From: Chromera velia
Lineage: Eukaryota
Assembly (NCBI GenBank): GCA_018398765.1
Contig: JAHBMJ010000213.1
Span: 1 to 54,038, forward strand
Direction of reading: 5' to 3'
DNA: 54,038 bases
In this document: positions 43,654 to 54,038 of the stretch, one piece after another
How the letters are laid out: every line of letters begins with the position of its first letter
Position numbering within the stretch: the stretch's first letter is position 1
The notes under the pieces: generated by a model
Seen by the model: the letters and a program-made list of their open reading frames with translations, nothing else
What the model was told of the DNA's origin: nothing
Databases searched by the model: none
Position numbers and translations under genes: made by a program

Positions 43654-43810
43654 CGTCTCTGTGTCTGTCTCTCTGTCTGTCTGCCTGCCTGCCTGTCTGT
43701 CTGTCTGTCTGTCTGTCTGTCTTTCTGTCTGTCTGTCTGTCTGTCTTTCTGTCTGTCTCTGACTGTCTGTCTGTCTGTCTGTCTGCCTGCCTGCCTGCCT
43801 GTCTCTCTGC

Positions 43811-43852
<42 letters not shown>

Positions 43853-45058
43853 GTCTGTCTGTCTGTCAGGTGCACTGCAGGTCTGACTCAGAACCGCTCT
43901 GTAGCTCTCCATGCCTGCCTGTGTGATGAAAGTGTGCTGCATCCTCCGGCTACATGCCGACCCTTTGGATCAGTGTGCATGTGTATCTGTTTCTCTTCTC
44001 GTTGGTCTTGTCTGTACCAAAAAGGCCTCAGGCTTTTTTGTGTGTACGTGTGGATTTCCACAGGAGCGAGGGATTCATCTCTGGTGTAGAAATATGCAAA
44101 ATTGGTATTTTCCCTTGTGCATGCTTACAAGTGTGCAAATGGCGAAAGATGATTGTGATGTTCCCGTATGCATGCGGAAAAAGGATTGTCATTCAGGGTC
44201 TTGTAGGGCTTCGTGGTTCCTGCTGCAGTATTGCTAACTCACATAATTGCATACCGCCTATTGCTGCTTAGGTTGCTACACGGACCTTTTTTTTTTTGAC
44301 ATAATTTTTTTCAGGTTCGGGAAGTACATGGACAGAGTCTTCAATGCTTTCAGCGACCGCGTGATCCCTTCACAGCATCTGACCTCACTGGAGGGCTACG
44401 CTCTCCCTCCCTTTGTGACGAAGAAGCAAAGCGTCGTGCGAACCAAAAGAAAAAGAGACGGAAGCGAAGACCGACACGAAGATGAAATCGGGACTGAAAA
44501 ATTCACCATTGGGCACATGAAGGCTTTTGCACTTGACCTCATAGCTTTGAAGAACGAGGCAGCAAAAAACCCCGGGGACGTTTTTAGTCTTCCGAAGGCC
44601 TACAGAAGTGCCTTTGCAAAGTTGATGGAGCATGAGTTCTTCCGACCCGGCACAGAGTCCCGGCCTGATGTTTGGCCAGAGGAGAGAAAGGGCGTAACGG
44701 AGAGGAGTTTTCAGACAGAAGAACCCGAGAAGACAGCGCTTTGCCGGCTGAGCTTTATGACAATTCAGGTCTGTAGTGTGATTGAATGGTTGTGCATTCA
44801 TCCGATATCATGAGATCCTGCAAGGACTGAAGCTCCATGAAAGGATGTCCCTCCCTTCCCCTCTCCAGGTGCGCTCGGTTCCTCTGCAAAAACCGCATCA
44901 ATTTACTTTCGTTTTGTGATGCGATTGAGTAGAGTCGTTCTTCAATTTATTCTAACTCACTGCATGTATATATGCAGATGGCGTTAGCCTTCATCAAGAA
45001 CATCTTCTCCTGGATCCGACAAGCCGAGACGGACCCCACATTCCACCTCTCCAAGTAA
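35768..45058 (+). CDS. Signal-peptide-bearing protein with a pol-beta-superfamily nucleotidyltransferase-like motif; about 15 exons
   Basis: Exons 35768-about 36189, 36825-37124, 37570-37735, 38248-38265, 38735-38793, 38982-39004, 39245-39317, 39575-39683, 40454-40561, 41014-41117, 41495-41957, 42375-42452, 42976-43094, 44315-44768 and 44978-45058 join in frame. Motifs seen: [51 protein letters not shown]. The N-terminus has the hydrophobic stretch [12 protein letters not shown]. The exon 1 boundary is uncertain because of the N gap. Confidence 0.7.
36294..36533. other. Assembly gap (240 N) flanked by poly-G
   Basis: Run of N characters. Confidence 1.
36670..36847 (+). repeat. 45-bp tandem repeat (4 copies) each containing a CTGCAG|GTACAT splice acceptor
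   Basis: CTGCAG occurs at 36684, 36729, 36774 and 36819. The unit translates as [15 protein letters not shown]. Confidence 0.95.
39879..40398 (+). repeat. 93-bp intronic minisatellite (about 5.5 copies)
   Basis: The unit CGTTCCTTTGGACTTTCTGCATAGACCGCATTCATCCACAGATCC... starts at 39879, 39972, 40065, 40158, 40261 and 40354. The fourth copy carries a 10-nt internal duplication. Confidence 0.95.
43099..43867. repeat. (TCTG)n/(TG)n/(CCTG)n compound microsatellite, intronic
   Basis: Visible directly in the sequence, immediately after the donor at 43095. Confidence 0.95.
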
Positions 45059-46301
45059 GAAACCTCCCTCCCTGCAGGACTCTGGTCCCCTCCCGGCAAA
45101 TGGAGAGAAGTACACAACACCAGCAGAAAAGAAAACACGATGTTTGAGAGGGTATGAGTCCAACTGTCCATGCCTGGGGGTGGAGAGTGAATCGGCACAG
45201 CTAGAGTGACTGTCCGGAATTCCCAGCACAGTCATCAGGGTGCAGCATGACAGTAAGAAGAAACGAGGTCACGGTAGAAGATACTCCCACAGAAGAACAC
45301 ACTGGCCTCGGCTCCAATCAGAATCGGGAAAATCGAATCCCATCTTCTAAAAATGAGAATCTTAAGAAGAATGAAAAACCTCAGAATTTCAGAAGACAGC
45401 AACACTGCATCTCAAGTTTCTGTGTTCATGATCTCTTCCTTTATTTTTGGATTTCACGTGAAACACTTTCGGACAATAAATACGCTCTTCCATTCCCAGC
45501 AGGGTCGTCCTCTCCCCTTCTGAATCACCTATCTTTCTTTCAATTTTTTCCTGTTGTTCAAATATTCGCAACTTCTCTTTTTTTTTTTTAGCTCAGCTCT
45601 CTAAGCAGCCATGCAGCCAGTCATGAGGTTTCCATGTCTACGGGTCTGGTGAGTGGGAGTGGCCGGGCAGTGCATGGGATCTCCTGCCACATGATGCAGA
45701 TCTCTGTGCCAGCCATGCTCTAGCTGGTTCATGCATGGTCGATCTGTCAACAGGCCTAGCTCGGTCCTCCATATCTGCGGGCACATCTCTTTCTCTCGCC
45801 CACCTCTGTTTGTTCTTTCAGACGTTTTATGAAGGTGCGTCTTTCTCTCTCTTTATTTATTGTTTTTTTCTCTTTCAAATATCCTCATAGTCCTAGTCAT
45901 AGTCCAGGCCTTTTTTTTCAACTCACCATCTTTCATCCCTCTTTGCAGTACAATCATTCTTCATCTATTTCATCTCTTTGCCGGAGAAGAAATATCAAAA
46001 GAAAAGAAAGGCGGCTTAATTGACTTGTATCTAGACTTCTGTCTGATTTTGTGTGTGTGATTCCTCGGTCTCATTCACACAAAATGATGTCCAAATCTGA
46101 AAAAGTTTTTTTTACAAGCCGATTCAAGTTTGAGGCCGCGTCAAGATCCTTCTACAAGATTTAAACATTTATATACACTGTATATCAGTAACCATTGCAA
46201 AAAGCGCTATATACTGTGCAGAGCTAGGTGCAGCTAGAGGTGCAGAGGAAAAACAAAAAAAAGAATCGACGTCAAGAAGGGGTGGTAGATTTCTCTCTCT
46301 T

Positions 46302-46343
<42 letters not shown>

Positions 46344-48859
46344 CTATCTATCTATCTATCTATCTATTTATCTATCTATCTATATATATATATATATATT
46401 ATACTTATTAGCAGCCTGGTCAATCGGCGACAATCGCTATTGGCTATAACTGTAGTCTCAAACTTTTAGAGCTAGTTCTAGAGACTCTGCATCTAACTCT
46501 GCATGCCTTTCCACTATCCTGCTTTATCACTTAGGAACTAAGTAAAGAAAGGCTGATCATCCTTCAAAGTTCTTTCTACCCGATTGCGGCCGCTGCTTTA
46601 GCCGCTCCCGCTGCCCCTCCCTTGATGCTCACTCTGCAGCCTGAATCGCAGGCACCCGCTGGCTACTCTGTGGTGCGCTGTCTGCATTCTTGCTCTCATG
46701 TATGCGCATACCTGCCCATATGTCCTATCTTACTTAAGACTCACAACTTGAGTCACAAGGTGCGCTATCTTCTTTAGGAACGTCTCTGCGTCATTTTTGA
46801 GGGCCCCATGTACACTGCTGACGAGGGGCATAAAATTGTATACCCTTTGTCCCTGCACAGGTGTATATCATTTATTTATATATCTAGTCGTTTATATACA
46901 TAAAAAATGTTATATATATATGTGTATACTATGATGTATAACTGCATTAATCGATAACTTTTTCTCTTAACATATGTGCAGGTTTTTTAATTATCGAACT
47001 TCTTACTAATTATAGAGATTATGTGATATATCTTGCTATAAACATCTTATACAGCATGAACGTATAGATAAACATACATAAACTAAAAATATATTATAAG
47101 CTTTTGACTCGAGCTCTAGGCTGTGCATGCACTAAAAACAAAAGAGTGAAACGGTTTCGAGTTAAAAAAGAAAAATCAGGGTAAGAGCAGAGTTTGCTTT
47201 GACATCGACCACGAAACCTCAACGCCTGGGCAGTTTAGAATTCTCTTGACAAAACGCTTCAGGCCCTATAGTTCAGGCCTTGTTTCTGAGACTTTCTCCC
47301 GCCACCTCTTTGCTTCGAAACGCGTCTTCTCCAAGCTTTTAGTGGCAGTTGCTGCTCCGCCACAGCGAGGTTATGGCGCCCAGATCTGCTCAGAGCATTT
47401 TGACCAAAAGACTGCGCGAACGTAAGGGATTTAGACGGTTCCGTCATATTAACTCGAGTGAAGGGAAAGATGCCCTGGATTGACGCAAGCCTCCGCATTG
47501 AACTCCAAAGAAAAGTCGCCGGCGGGACCTCCTTGCCACCTGCAGACACGTACAAGCAAACGGACAAGAGAAGGGAACCCCCCCACACTGGCCCTGGACT
47601 CTGGATCGGGGGACGCTGCTCTCGGTGGTCCATCACTCGCAGCACTGCCAGGCGGGCGGGCAGGCACGAGGACTTGCACGTACACACAGATACATCCCCG
47701 TCACCGCCCCAAACTGCCCCCCCTGCTGAGCACAGTACACTTGCACCTGCTCCTTTCCCATTCACACACAGGCCCTTGTTTTGTATGACTCATTCATGCA
47801 TGCGTCTAACTACGAAGGGAAGAAGGCACGGCGCACACGCACAGGCACTCGGAGGTGAGGCAGGGAACTCGTGAGATGCATTTGCGAGAACAGACGGTAT
47901 GCGCTCCCCGGGGCTGACGGTACATACAACCATTATTTGCACCCGTTTAACCCTCAGGGCCCTATTATTTCAGGAAACCCAGAGGATGATTGAGCAACAA
48001 ACGCAGGGACTCGATCGAACGACTTCCAATCACGAGTGAGGTGAGAGTGGGACAGACTGACAGGAGGACACTCGATAAGAGGGTCTTACACCTGAGTCCC
48101 TCCCGAAGGAAAGAAAGTGAAAGAAAGAAGAGCGGCCATGCGTGAAAGCAGAGGAAGGGGAAGCCGGAAAGGGGAAAGGGGAAGAGTGGAAGGAGAAAAC
48201 AAAGAAGCAAAATGAAATCGAGGAAAAGAAGAGGGGAGAAAGCGCTGGACGAATTGCCAAAAGATGGAGAGACGAAAGGGGGGGGCTCATTGTATGATTG
48301 ATCAGTGTTGCAAAATCTTCATTCCCCGTCTACCCGAACTTCAAATGATGAGTGCACCTCCTTCCAGACTTACTTCTTTACCCGTAGCATCGACTCATCT
48401 TGTCATCGTCACTTTTCCCTTTTGACGCCCCGCCCCTCCCTCTCGGAGCTTCCTGGCTTCTTCCCTTTCTCCTTTGCAGAGGGCAGATTTTGACACTGCA
48501 AGATCACTTCGAACCTTCGACTTGATAGGCTTCGCCCACATTCGTGGTCCCGCATGGAAGCCCGCAACCGAGCACGCATCTTGGCGACATATCAGTGTGC
48601 TTGGCGGTTGGGGGACGGCCCGCGGGTGCCTGGAGTAAACAATACGAGGTCTGAACTGTTGCTCAACAGAGTTGTGTATAGGTTTGTGTTCAATGTCACA
48701 TGCATTCCTTTTCAGACTTCGATCGTCACTGTCCTATAGTCACCTGCTGATTCAGCGCTGAACACATCGCAACACCTTCTCTCATGCACCTTTCTGTTCA
48801 TGCAGTATCAAAGCGTGCAAGAAGGACTGGCCACTTCTTGCATCTTCATGCCACTTCGT

Positions 48860-49010
48860 TGGAGATATATATATATATATATATATAATATATATATATA
48901 TATCGATCCAAACATGCATGCATGCGGAGGCGGCGCGCCCGCGCGGATCGAATTCTCGAAATTAATTAATTTAATTCCGCGGCTCCGCGCGGCGCCGCTC
49001 GATCCGACGC
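48860..49010. promoter_or_regulatory. Putative promoter region: (TA)n, CATGCATGCATG, CG-rich and AT-rich palindromic block
   Basis: It lies about 250 nt upstream of the ATG at 49261 and shares the 13-mer CGCGCGGATCGAA (48940-48952) with 27194-27206, upstream of the calpain gene. Confidence 0.35.
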
Positions 49011-49260
49011 GACACAATCTAATAACCTTAGTATAGGACACAACACGACTGACAGTGATCGAGACTCGATCCGATCGACGATGTCGCTCTTCCATTCGAG
49101 ACTTGAGCAGCCCTGTTCATCAGTTGGACCTTCTCGTTACTGTGCTAATTACTGTGTCTACACAGAGGTCCAACTCTCTCTATCTATCTACACAGAATCC
49201 GAAAACTGCAAGTCAAGCACACTCGGCTCAGTTGTCTCTCTCATATATATATCAAACACG

Positions 49261-50584
49261 ATGTCGGCGGCACACCCCAGCAAGTCGAACACTTCCACAG
49301 AGCTCTCTCGAATCGCGTAAGTCTTTTTGTGTCCTTGACAGAAGGGTCTCTCGACCTGTGATTCAAAGCAGCAATCGATGTCCGAGTATATACGTCTCAT
49401 CCGCTAGCTCATCCGTCTTTGCGTCTCTCTCAATGCTTTCACCGAATTTCCTTTTCTGTCTGCCTTTCTTATGCAGCACGGAATCGACCACTAAAACTCT
49501 CGCCAAGGTGAGTGAGCACGTGCGCCAAGGGCATGAACGTCGTCAAGAGTCTTTTCAATCAGACGAAAGACTCCTGCCATCAATTAAGCAATTGGACTCC
49601 ATTGCAGTGGCATCTCAATTGCAACAAACGGATAAACAAAAAAAGCCCGTCTATGTGTGTCCAGTTCACCCAGAAGAAAGACAAGACGTTGGAAGAGAAC
49701 ACTGCCATATCGCTGCCTTTCCTTTTGTTTCCCCTCCTGGTGCATGCTCTCTTCTTTCCCTTGCGGCTTTGGCCTTAGCTTTGTGTACCTTTATGTCATT
49801 TCACTTCATGATCCCAAGGACTGTCACCTTTCACTTTCTTGCTGCTTCTCTCTACTGATCTGCAGACTACCAAGCAGAACAAAAACGCCTCTGGTTTGTC
49901 TCAAACCACCCGTCAACCCGATACGGAAGAGGAGAAGAGGGTCCTGGCAATTCTGGAGGAAGAGAAGAAGAAGATTCGAGAGAACCTGGGAAAGTATGAC
50001 AAGAAGAATAAGGAGTCAATGGAGGCCGCAGGCTACTATGAACCAGATCCCAGCCCAACACCTGAAGAGAGACTGCTGAGGGACCCCGGGGCCGGAGGCC
50101 GAGGACGACCGTTGGAGAGGTCAGGACAACCATCCAGAGCATCAATCCATTCGTGTGAGGAACGTCGTGCTAGATCAGTCAAAGGAAGAAAGCTGCTCTC
50201 TAATGCCTCCTTATCCTTCCCAACCCCCCCAAGACGAACTAAAAACGTACGTGTGTACAAGGCAGAAAGGAAACGTCAGGTGGAAAAAAATATAAAAAGA
50301 TGTAAGGACGTAAAAGCGTTTTCGAACTCCAATACACTCCAGTTAAGTGTCCTTTAATTTCTCCTTCTTCTCATGCAACCTGTGCGTTTGCTCTCTTGAA
50401 ACTTGCTTGGAAGACTGTAGATGTGAAAGCACGCCCCTTCTTTTATCGTGTGCTCGCTTGCTTCTATGCGCACAGGGCTCATGGAGGACGATCACACCGA
50501 AGAGCGTATTTGAGTTTACAAGAAAAGAACCAATCTGAAAAACGGCACGGAGGAAGGACAATGGACCGCAGAGGAGAAATTTAA
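49261..50584 (+). CDS. Small hydrophilic hypothetical protein; 4 exons
   Basis: Exons 49261-49316 (donor GTAAGT), 49477-49507 (donor GTGAGT), 49866-50119 and 50476-50584 join in frame. There is a charged coiled-coil-like segment EEEKRVLAILEEEKKKIRENL. The last exon is less certain. Confidence 0.5.
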
Positions 50585-52320
50585 TTCATTGCATTGCTTT
50601 CAAGCCTTTGTAAAGATTGGATGGCACGGTGAAGAGAACGAGAGTAGGAAGAGTGCCTGGCTGGATTGGACGGCACGTGGGAATGGAAGAGAAATGTGCC
50701 TACGATCGCCGTAAGGCGTCGACGCACATTCCTTTCTTGGGTCACCCATCTGTGAGCAATGAACATACTTGAGTTGTCGATCGTAGAGGACGATCGTGCT
50801 GTTATTATTGATTACAGGAAACATCTGACGGTTGTTTGGATTGTTGTAAACAAAAACCAGATTGAATGTTGACACTGAAAGAATTTGTCTGCTCGCAGCC
50901 TCCGCCTGCCCTCTCTTTGCATCCTTGGTCTTCTTCCCTGCAAAGCCCTTCTCTGCTCCCGCGTGGCTGACTGGTGACACTCTCTTTCCATCACAACACA
51001 CACTATTCCTGCAGCCATGTTGCGTGCCTGGAAAAATAACTGCTGCCAACAATTCACAAGATCTATAGACAGGCTGCTTCGTTGGGCTGATTTGATTTCT
51101 GTCCGCTCGCTGAGGGTCGAGCCCGATCTGTCTTCCCAACGCGGGCAGAATGGTCGTAGGGCACAAGGCACCGGCTCACTTTTCTTCAAGGGCAAGGTGA
51201 GACAGACAGTTGCAAAGGAATGCATGAAGGCTTCTGAGGATGATGGGCAATCTTCCTCTCACTTTCCCCTCCTTGCTAGACTCACCCCTCTGCAGCGCGA
51301 CTTCCCGTCCTCCCGCCGTATGTTTGTCTTCCTCCTGTGCAGCAAGTCGTCCTCCGGCGTTCCTTCCGTCTCTGCCCTTCCCCGTTCTGCCCTGTCGGTT
51401 ACGGATGGCTCGATCTTTTCTTTTTTGCGCATGCTGACATACAACCCGATGGGCGGGCAAGGTGGGCTGCCTGTTGGTTGCTCTGATAGAAAGCTGTGCA
51501 CCTATGAAGCCTGCTGCCGGTGTGTAGATGATTTTATTCATCGGCTCTCTGTCTGCCCCCGATGGACTGCCGAACAAGGCTTTTTGCAGTGGTTGGCATT
51601 AATTCAATCAGACCGCTTCACTCGTTGTGACTCACCCTTTGCATCCGCCTCCTTTTCTGATCTGGGGGTTCGCAAGTTCATCACATCGCTCTTGCGCTCT
51701 CAACCCTCTCTCCTCTTTATGATTTCTCGCCATATTGTAGTAAATGATTGATTAGATTAAGTTCGAATAACTGTCGTCCACTTAGCTTGCAGCTGGCATC
51801 ATTGAACAGACCCATGCATGTATGCGCCGCCCGGGAGTTCTAACTCCACCTAGGGTTTGGCATCAATCAATCAATCAATCATAAAGCCCTATAGATAAAG
51901 CCGTTTACACATGCAAACTATCATTTAAAATGCTTTTCAAATGTTTTATGCTTAGTGCCTAACCTATAAAGTTTTAGATCATATAAACAGTTACCAGTAG
52001 AATACAGTAGAAAGATGTTTTTGTTATCATTTTTCATGTTAGAAGCGCTGACTAAGACCTTTTTCATAACTTTTAGTAAGAGAATCTACTTGTTTAAATT
52101 CGATGATCATACCAACATACCCCTATAATTTGAGCCATAAAGTTGGGCATAAATACGCCGAAACTAGGCCCTAAAAACTTTTTTTGGGCCTCCAAACGGT
52201 CCTAAACCACTTTTAGAATGTAAAACTCCAAAAAACTGCAATTTTTTAATACTAGTTAAACCTAGTTTTTATCGTATACAATGATTTCTACATATTAGTT
52301 TATTGACTACTAGGGATAGC

Positions 52321-52374
52321 TATCGTATCGTATCGTATCGGTATTGAATCGGTATCATATCGGTATCGTATCGG
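52321..52374. repeat. (TATCG)n pentamer repeat in an AT-rich spacer
   Basis: Visible directly in the sequence. Confidence 0.8.
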
Positions 52375-53642
52375 AATTTAAGGTTCCCAAAAAAGGGGGT
52401 ATCGTCGATGATTTCGATACTGACATAAAATTTTTAGCGTACGAGGCTAAAACCTAGTGCAAACGGTCTCATTCGTAAAGCTGTAAACTTTTTCTAAAAA
52501 TCTCATGTTTTTAAAGAGTCAACTTTACTTAGAAAATGGGCTCCGAAACGTTCAGAAGGCCAAACTATAAGGGGGGCTTCACCCCCCTAACCCCCCCTTT
52601 AAAAAGAGTCAACACATCATAAGATTGAGAATGACTTCATCAACACGTCGTTTCTGGAAATCCTATGCCAGATGCAAACTGTTAGACTCGATTTTCTTCT
52701 GATGTGTATGCCAAAATCACCCATGGCAAATGCAAGTGAATGCATACAAAATTTACAGCAAAACGCAGAAATCCATATGCTATTCTGCACTTACAAAGGA
52801 ACCATGTAGATTTGCAGCACAAAGAAGAAGGAAAAAACAAACTAGGGTTGGACTCTCTTGTTGGACTCGAGCGACGTGGTGGTTGATACTCAGCAAGCGG
52901 AGTGAAAAGAAAATTGAGGTCAAAGGTCTGATAGGGTGCAACGGTCTATATGCTTATCTGTATGTATGTGCATCTCCATGAAAATCAACCAATACGCAAA
53001 ACGGCCAGCTGAGACTTCAAAGCTGCAACAATTTGGCGGAATACGTCCATGGTGAGACACTCTTTAGCTTTCTAGACTTTGGGGAAGCCCTCTCCTTCCT
53101 TTGCGGAGCGGGCACAAGTGACAAACTCACCGGTCATTCCAGGGAGGGCAAATCCAGTTCCGGAAAAACGAAAACAGCACTGCTTGCGGTATTAGGAGTT
53201 CCTTCTGCACAAATGAAAGCATGAAAGAGACCAGACAAACACGTTGGACTACAAAGGTTCCCACAGGGAAACAGATAGACAGTCTTGGTGTGTGTTTTGT
53301 GATTCACAGAGTATGAAGACCGAACCGTTACTGGAAGCTAGGTCAACGTCGAAAAACGAACAGCGAGTCGCCAAGTGGCAAGCTTTTATAAAAAATAAGG
53401 TCATCAGAGGTATCGTAGTATTGTGAGGCGAGGCACGGGGCCGGCCAACCCCGGGCTGAGCCGAACTGGCGCGCCCTACCGCTGTTGGGACCCACACGGC
53501 TCACAGCACACGTACGCAGGCTCATGGAGGCGCCGCCATGGCAGTCTGTATTGGAAGAGAAATAATATGCAGACGGGAGTAATTAACGTACGACAAATAG
53601 AATTAAATAGAAAAGCATGCATTTGTCCTATCAGACGTTGAC

Positions 53643-54038
53643 TGTAAGAAAGCAACCGCACTGTCAGTTCTTCCGTAAGTAGGATGAGTCAAGTCTCTGA
53701 ACTAAGCTAGAACTAGCTTAGGAGGTGGGGAACCAAGCTTCCCTACGTGGTAGGACAGAGCCTGGTTCGATCGGTATTTCAAACAACAGCCGTCTCGTCT
53801 CTCTTTCTGTTCTTCCTTGAGATGGCTGACTGGGCGCAGGACCCGCTGCAGCAAATGGCAATGCAGCAGCAACAGTTCCAGCAGCAAATGATCGAGCAGC
53901 AGCAGCAGTTTCAACAGCAGGTGCTACAGCAGCAGCAGCAAGTCCTCAACCAGATCCTCGGGCAGCCACCTGCACAGCAGCAAATGCAGCAACAGATGCA
54001 GGCAGCAGACCAGCCTCCTTCTCCGGGGGCGGGCAGGT
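53643..54038 (+). mobile_element. Possible 5' end of an LTR retrotransposon (PBS-like site plus Gln-rich gag-like ORF, truncated by the window edge)
   Basis: TGGTAGGACAGAGCC at 53748-53762 resembles a tRNA-iMet primer-binding site (TGGTA.CAGAGC). An ORF from ATG 53822 (MADWAQDPLQQMAMQQQQFQQQMIEQQ...) stays open to the end of the window. No RT or integrase is visible. Confidence 0.35.

Noticed and set aside
42846..43942. Long ORFs of 180-346 aa (CLSV/TDRQ repeats)
   Set aside because: They are translations of the intronic (TCTG)n microsatellite. The same holds for the CV/HT ORFs at 24636-25096, 26102-26524 and 29285-29615.
46451..46757. Solo LTR (TGTAGTC...GAGTCACA)
   Set aside because: No target-site duplication and no second copy in the window.
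47259..48800. Possible small spliced minus-strand gene (168-aa ORF, candidate exons near 47539, 47644-47589 and 48630-48540)
   Set aside because: Splice-like signals exist, but I could not build one consistent frame or recognise any motif.
50600..51751. ORFs of 130-244 aa on both strands
   Set aside because: They have no recognisable domain or consistent splice structure and are probably UTR or intergenic sequence.

Overview
This is intron-rich eukaryotic genomic DNA with GT-AG introns, abundant TGCATGCA and (TG)n/(TCTG)n/(GTGA)n tracts, and AT-rich intergenic spacers. The style suggests a chromerid or other apicomplexan relative such as Chromera (inference only). I assembled six spliced gene models by hand. 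(1) Minus strand, 389-4421: a RuvC/RNase H-like protein whose catalytic acids are degenerate, with a probable mitochondrial presequence. (2) Minus strand, 5958-16237: a multidomain locus reading DisA_N/DAC diadenylate-cyclase-like domain - active kinase - ankyrin repeats - pseudokinase - ankyrin repeats. This is the most striking feature of the window. (3) Minus strand, 17704-23316: a very large low-complexity protein with a Cys-rich segment. (4) Plus strand, 28113-34348: an N-acylated calpain-family protease with a CBM-like domain. (5) Plus strand, 35768-45058: a signal-peptide protein with a pol-beta-type nucleotidyltransferase motif (GS..SDLD, FDTNFY) scattered over about 15 exons. (6) Plus strand, 49261-50584: a small hypothetical protein. 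The window also holds tandem duplications that multiply splice sites, a 93-bp minisatellite, a probable element relic embedded in a (TG)n tract, a 240-nt N gap and the possible start of an LTR retroelement at the right edge. All exon models come from reading splice signals and reading frames and have no RNA support.
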